Source of the DNA: a virus
Virus record (IMG/VR): IMGVR_UViG_3300045988_104128
Span: 1-16,307 of that record
Length of the DNA: 16,307 nt
Direction: 5' to 3' (one strand)
The notes below the pieces were generated by a model. It did no database searches and was not told the origin of the DNA. It worked only from the letters and a program-made list of their open reading frames with translations. The first letter of the stretch is position 1; every line of letters starts with the position of its first letter. Below are positions 13,576-16,307 of this stretch, in pieces. The position numbers and the translations under genes were made by a program.

Positions 13576-14377
13576 GTATACAACAGAGGTGCGATTTATT
13601 TGTGAAAATAGTGCAGGATTAAGTGAGAGTGAGGGTGCAGATAATGTTGATAGTGTGTTAGATAGATGTTGGAATAAGGTTTTTAATTTTGACTTTCCTA
13701 TCTTTGATGAAAACTATAGGCAGGTTTTGTGCAGGAAAATATTGAAGCATTATTATACAAGGGAGATTGCGCATGAGACTGTAGGCAGGTGGAAACTTGC
13801 ATTAAATGCTAAGCTAAATGAGATTATGCCTTATTACAATCAGTTATATAAAAGTGAGTTGCTTGAGTTCAATCCTTTTTATGATGTAGATTTGACTAGA
13901 AGTAGAGAGGGTAGTGGTACTAGAGATACGACTGGTAGTAGTACTAGTAATAGAACTAATAGCAATACAGAGACAAATACGAATGAGACTAAGGATGTAA
14001 ATAGTGCTAGTGGTACAAGTAATACTGATACTTTGAATAGGTTTAGTGATACACCACAAAATAGCATGGACACACAGAGTATTGCTGATAGCGTTCCTTT
14101 GACTACAGTTACTAAGGTAAATGAAGATAATACTACAACTAATAATAGCACTGATACGGTTACAAGTAATGGAAGTAGAACTGGAAATGGTACTGAGAGT
14201 GTGACAGGAAATAATACAGAGAATGTTAATAGCACTGATAAGTATATTGAAACAGTAAGAGGTAAACAGGGAACAGAAAATTATAGTAGTTTATTAAAGA
14301 AATTCAGAGAGACTTTTCTCAATATTGATATGATGATTATTGAGGATTGTAGTGATTGTTTCTTTACTTTATGGTAA
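13568..14377 (+). CDS. Lower collar protein (phi29 gp11-like, 269 aa) with S/T/N-rich central segment
   Basis: ATG at 13568 follows AAAGGTGGTGA and overlaps the portal stop; the track start at 13556 is a GTG. The gene follows the portal gene as in phi29. An FSDTPQ motif sits within the Ser/Thr/Asn-rich region. Confidence 0.7.
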   Translation: MSKYTTEVRFICENSAGLSESEGADNVDSVLDRCWNKVFNFDFPIFDENYRQVLCRKILKHYYTREIAHETVGRWKLALNAKLNEIMPYYNQLYKSELLEFNPFYDVDLTRSREGSGTRDTTGSSTSNRTNSNTETNTNETKDVNSASGTSNTDTLNRFSDTPQNSMDTQSIADSVPLTTVTKVNEDNTTTNNSTDTVTSNGSRTGNGTESVTGNNTENVNSTDKYIETVRGKQGTENYSSLLKKFRETFLNIDMMIIEDCSDCFFTLW

Positions 14378-14395
14378 AGGGAAAGAGAGGTAATA

Positions 14396-14806
14396 ATGAA
14401 CACAAATTATAAAAACTTAACAGAGTTTAGGTTTTGGTGCTTTAAAGTGTTACCACTGGTGTATGATGATGAATTAAGTTATTATGAAGTTATCTGCAAG
14501 TGTGTTGATTATATTAATAACTTGATTGAAAATGATAAAGCTATTAGTAATGATGTTGAACAGTTAAAGCAGGAAATGAAACAGGTGCAGGAGTGGATTG
14601 ATAATTATGATACTAGCTTTGCAGAGAGTATTATCAGAGAGTATCTTACTACTACGATATTTGTTACTATTAGTGACAGTGGTTATATTGTTTATAATAT
14701 TCCTGCTAATTGGAAAAGTATTACATTTAATACTACTGGGTTGGATATTGGTAACAATATTGGTATAGGTAACTATGACTATGGTCATTTAGTTTTAAGT
14801 TATTAA
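14396..14806 (+). CDS. Hypothetical structural protein (136 aa), possibly a fibre/appendage component
   Basis: SD GAAAGAGAGGTAA. The N-terminal KVLPLVYDDELSYYEVICK motif resembles the N-termini of Firmicute phage fibre proteins as I recall them, and a coiled-coil-like segment follows. The gene lies between the collar and fibre genes. Confidence 0.55.
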   Translation: MNTNYKNLTEFRFWCFKVLPLVYDDELSYYEVICKCVDYINNLIENDKAISNDVEQLKQEMKQVQEWIDNYDTSFAESIIREYLTTTIFVTISDSGYIVYNIPANWKSITFNTTGLDIGNNIGIGNYDYGHLVLSY

Positions 14807-14827
14807 GGAAAGAGAGGTAAGAGTAAT

Positions 14828-16069
14828 ATGAGTAACGGTTTAATTAACAGACAGTATGTAGGTGCTAGGTATGTGCCAAAGATTATGGGTGAGTGGAATA
14901 AGGCTTTGCAGTATGAAGCATTGAGTGTGGTAACGTATATGGGTAATAGCTTTACAAGTAAAGTGCCAGTGCCTGCTAATGTAGAAATTAATAATACAGA
15001 CTATTGGGTGAATACCGGTAATTACAATGCGCAGGTAACAGAATACAAAGAAATGGTAGAAAAAGAAATTGAAGATAGAAAAAATGCTGATACAGAAATA
15101 TCAGATAATTTAACAAATGAAATAAATAACAGAAAAAATGCTGATAAAGATAATATTTTATGGATTGGGGATTCTTACAGCGTGAACTATAACCACAAAT
15201 TACCTAATGGTGTTCGTGATATGTTAAATGCTAAAAATTGGTATGAGCATAGTAGAGGTGGCGCAGGTTTTGCAGGTGCATGGGGTGGTATTGACTTTAA
15301 TGGTTTAATTGAAGAAGCCAAAAATGAAATGACTGATACCCAAAAAGAAATGATAAAGTATGTGTATATAGTTGGCGGTGCTAATGATAGTAGTTTTACT
15401 TGGACTGAAATTAAGCCTAAAGTTATTAGTACTGTTGCTAATGCTAGAAATAGTTTTCCTAATGCACAAATTTGTTTTATATTTGCTAGTAGTGCATATA
15501 CTACTTACACAAATTTACTTATTAAAACTACAAATATATCTAACGATAAGATAATGCCTTGCATATTTGCTATGCCATATTATTATTTAACTGGCGCATT
15601 TTACAATGACGATAATTTACATTATACAGAGGGAGCAACTAATTATATTATAAGTGTTATATCTAATTTAATATGTGGTTCAAGTTATATTCCGACTATC
15701 ACATATAATGTTGCACGTTCTTGCTTTGAGGGTTGGACACCTATTAGTAAACAACTACAAATTTCCGCACCTAGTGGTGTAATAAAAATATCAACCTCAT
15801 ATTTGTCTTTATCAAAAAGTGTTGAACAGCCTTTTGAAACTGACGAATATGGTAATACTATATTATTAAAAAGTAAACCTATTAGCGATACTGACAGAGA
15901 CGTATTTCCACTAAGACCGACTAGAATGTATGTGCAAGTAAAAATTAAAGGTACTATTTATACTGATTATTTAGAGTGCGAATTAAATGATACAACACAT
16001 CAATTAATATGGACAACAGATAATTCATACCCTGCTACCAAAGACATGATTATAAAAATTATAGGATGA
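14828..16069 (+). CDS. Tail fibre/appendage protein with central SGNH/GDSL hydrolase (esterase) domain (413 aa)
   Basis: The N-terminal YVGARYVPK...W...YE...SKVPVP motif is typical of a fibre anchor. A repeated RKNAD helical segment follows. All four SGNH blocks are present: I LWIGDSYS (Ser116), II SRGGAGFAG, III GGANDS, V DNLH (aa 262-265). A beta-rich C-terminal domain of about 125 aa completes the protein. Confidence 0.85.
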   Translation: MSNGLINRQYVGARYVPKIMGEWNKALQYEALSVVTYMGNSFTSKVPVPANVEINNTDYWVNTGNYNAQVTEYKEMVEKEIEDRKNADTEISDNLTNEINNRKNADKDNILWIGDSYSVNYNHKLPNGVRDMLNAKNWYEHSRGGAGFAGAWGGIDFNGLIEEAKNEMTDTQKEMIKYVYIVGGANDSSFTWTEIKPKVISTVANARNSFPNAQICFIFASSAYTTYTNLLIKTTNISNDKIMPCIFAMPYYYLTGAFYNDDNLHYTEGATNYIISVISNLICGSSYIPTITYNVARSCFEGWTPISKQLQISAPSGVIKISTSYLSLSKSVEQPFETDEYGNTILLKSKPISDTDRDVFPLRPTRMYVQVKIKGTIYTDYLECELNDTTHQLIWTTDNSYPATKDMIIKIIG

Positions 16070-16080
16070 TATTAGACACC

Positions 16081-16109
16081 TAAGCACGTGTATAAACTGC
16101 TTATTTTTT
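16081..16109 (+). terminator. Weak candidate terminator of the late operon
   Basis: TAAGCA-N11-TGCTTA forms a 6-bp stem followed by TTTTTT. It starts 12 nt after the fibre stop. The stem is short and the loop long. Confidence 0.4.
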
Positions 16110-16160
16110 GTACCACGCTAACGTGCTAACGCTGTACCACTGCAATGCGTCACCACTTTA
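16110..16160. repeat. Internal direct copy of the terminal 51 bp of the right end
   Basis: 16110-16160 matches 16257-16307 at 50 of 51 positions. The single difference is A at 16120 versus G at 16267. The orientation is the same as the right terminus, and the offset is 147 bp. Confidence 0.92.
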
Positions 16161-16188
16161 CCACTGCGCGGTGCTAGGGAAGTACCAT
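16111..16188. repeat. Array of TACCAY motifs phased at exactly 24 bp
   Basis: TACCAC starts at 16111, 16135 and 16159, and TACCAT at 16183. A further 24-bp pair lies at 16258 and 16282 inside the ITR, mirrored as GTGGTA at 21 and 45 in the left ITR. Confidence 0.8.
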
Positions 16189-16212
16189 TTTGGTCGAAGT
16201 GAGGAACTGCAC

Positions 16213-16307
16213 TACTATGGTACTAAGTTAGACACAACTAACTTCGTGCGCTCACGGTACCACGCTGACGTGCTAACGCTGTACCACTGCAATGCGTCAC
16301 CACTTTA
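16213..16307. repeat. Right inverted terminal repeat (95 bp)
   Basis: Exact reverse complement of 1-95. Confidence 0.95.

Noticed and set aside
13844-14235. Two minus-strand ORFs (71 and 118 aa)
   Set aside because: They are artefacts of the repetitive S/T/N-coding segment of the lower collar gene read in antisense, which gives a V/L/S-rich product.
1-16307. Alternative genetic code, lysogeny module, or mobile element
   Set aside because: All homology-supported genes are intact under the standard code, and TAA, TAG and TGA all serve as stops. I found no integrase, recombinase, repressor or transposase-like ORF. The ITRs are explained by protein-primed replication rather than by transposition.

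Overview
The window appears to be a complete, AT-rich, 16,307-bp linear genome of a phi29-like (protein-primed, Picovirinae/Salasmaviridae-type) podovirus, bounded by perfect 95-bp inverted terminal repeats. I support 26 CDS, and all but one are on the + strand. The left third (216-6499) is the early/replication region. It holds small ORFs of unknown function, two paralogous phi29 p6-like dsDNA-binding (histone-like) proteins, a p5-like SSB, a short terminal-protein candidate translationally coupled to a family-B protein-primed DNA polymerase, and three small ORFs, two of them Cys-rich. A bidirectional terminator (6503-6534) separates this block from the only minus-strand gene, the gp16-like encapsidation ATPase (6650-7690). 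Overlapping divergent near-consensus promoters (7736-7779) drive the ATPase leftward and the late operon rightward. The late operon runs holin, Amidase_5-type endolysin, gp13-like tail lysozyme, scaffold, Big_2-bearing major capsid protein, gp9-like tail knob, gp10-like portal, gp11-like lower collar, a small structural protein, and a tail fibre with an SGNH/GDSL esterase domain. I found no integrase, repressor, tRNA, CRISPR array or mobile element. The most unusual non-coding features are: (i) an internal direct copy of the terminal 51 bp near the right end, embedded in a TACCAY array phased at exactly 24 bp; (ii) a segmentally duplicated early module (promoter box, small ORF, p6-like gene); (iii) two G+C-rich hairpins with tRNA T-loop-like loops, one with tRNA top-half topology; and (iv) no recognisable pRNA, alongside an unexplained 115-nt spacer 3' of the ATPase gene. 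Protein family calls rest on my recollection of phi29-family sequences and motifs, not on database searches.
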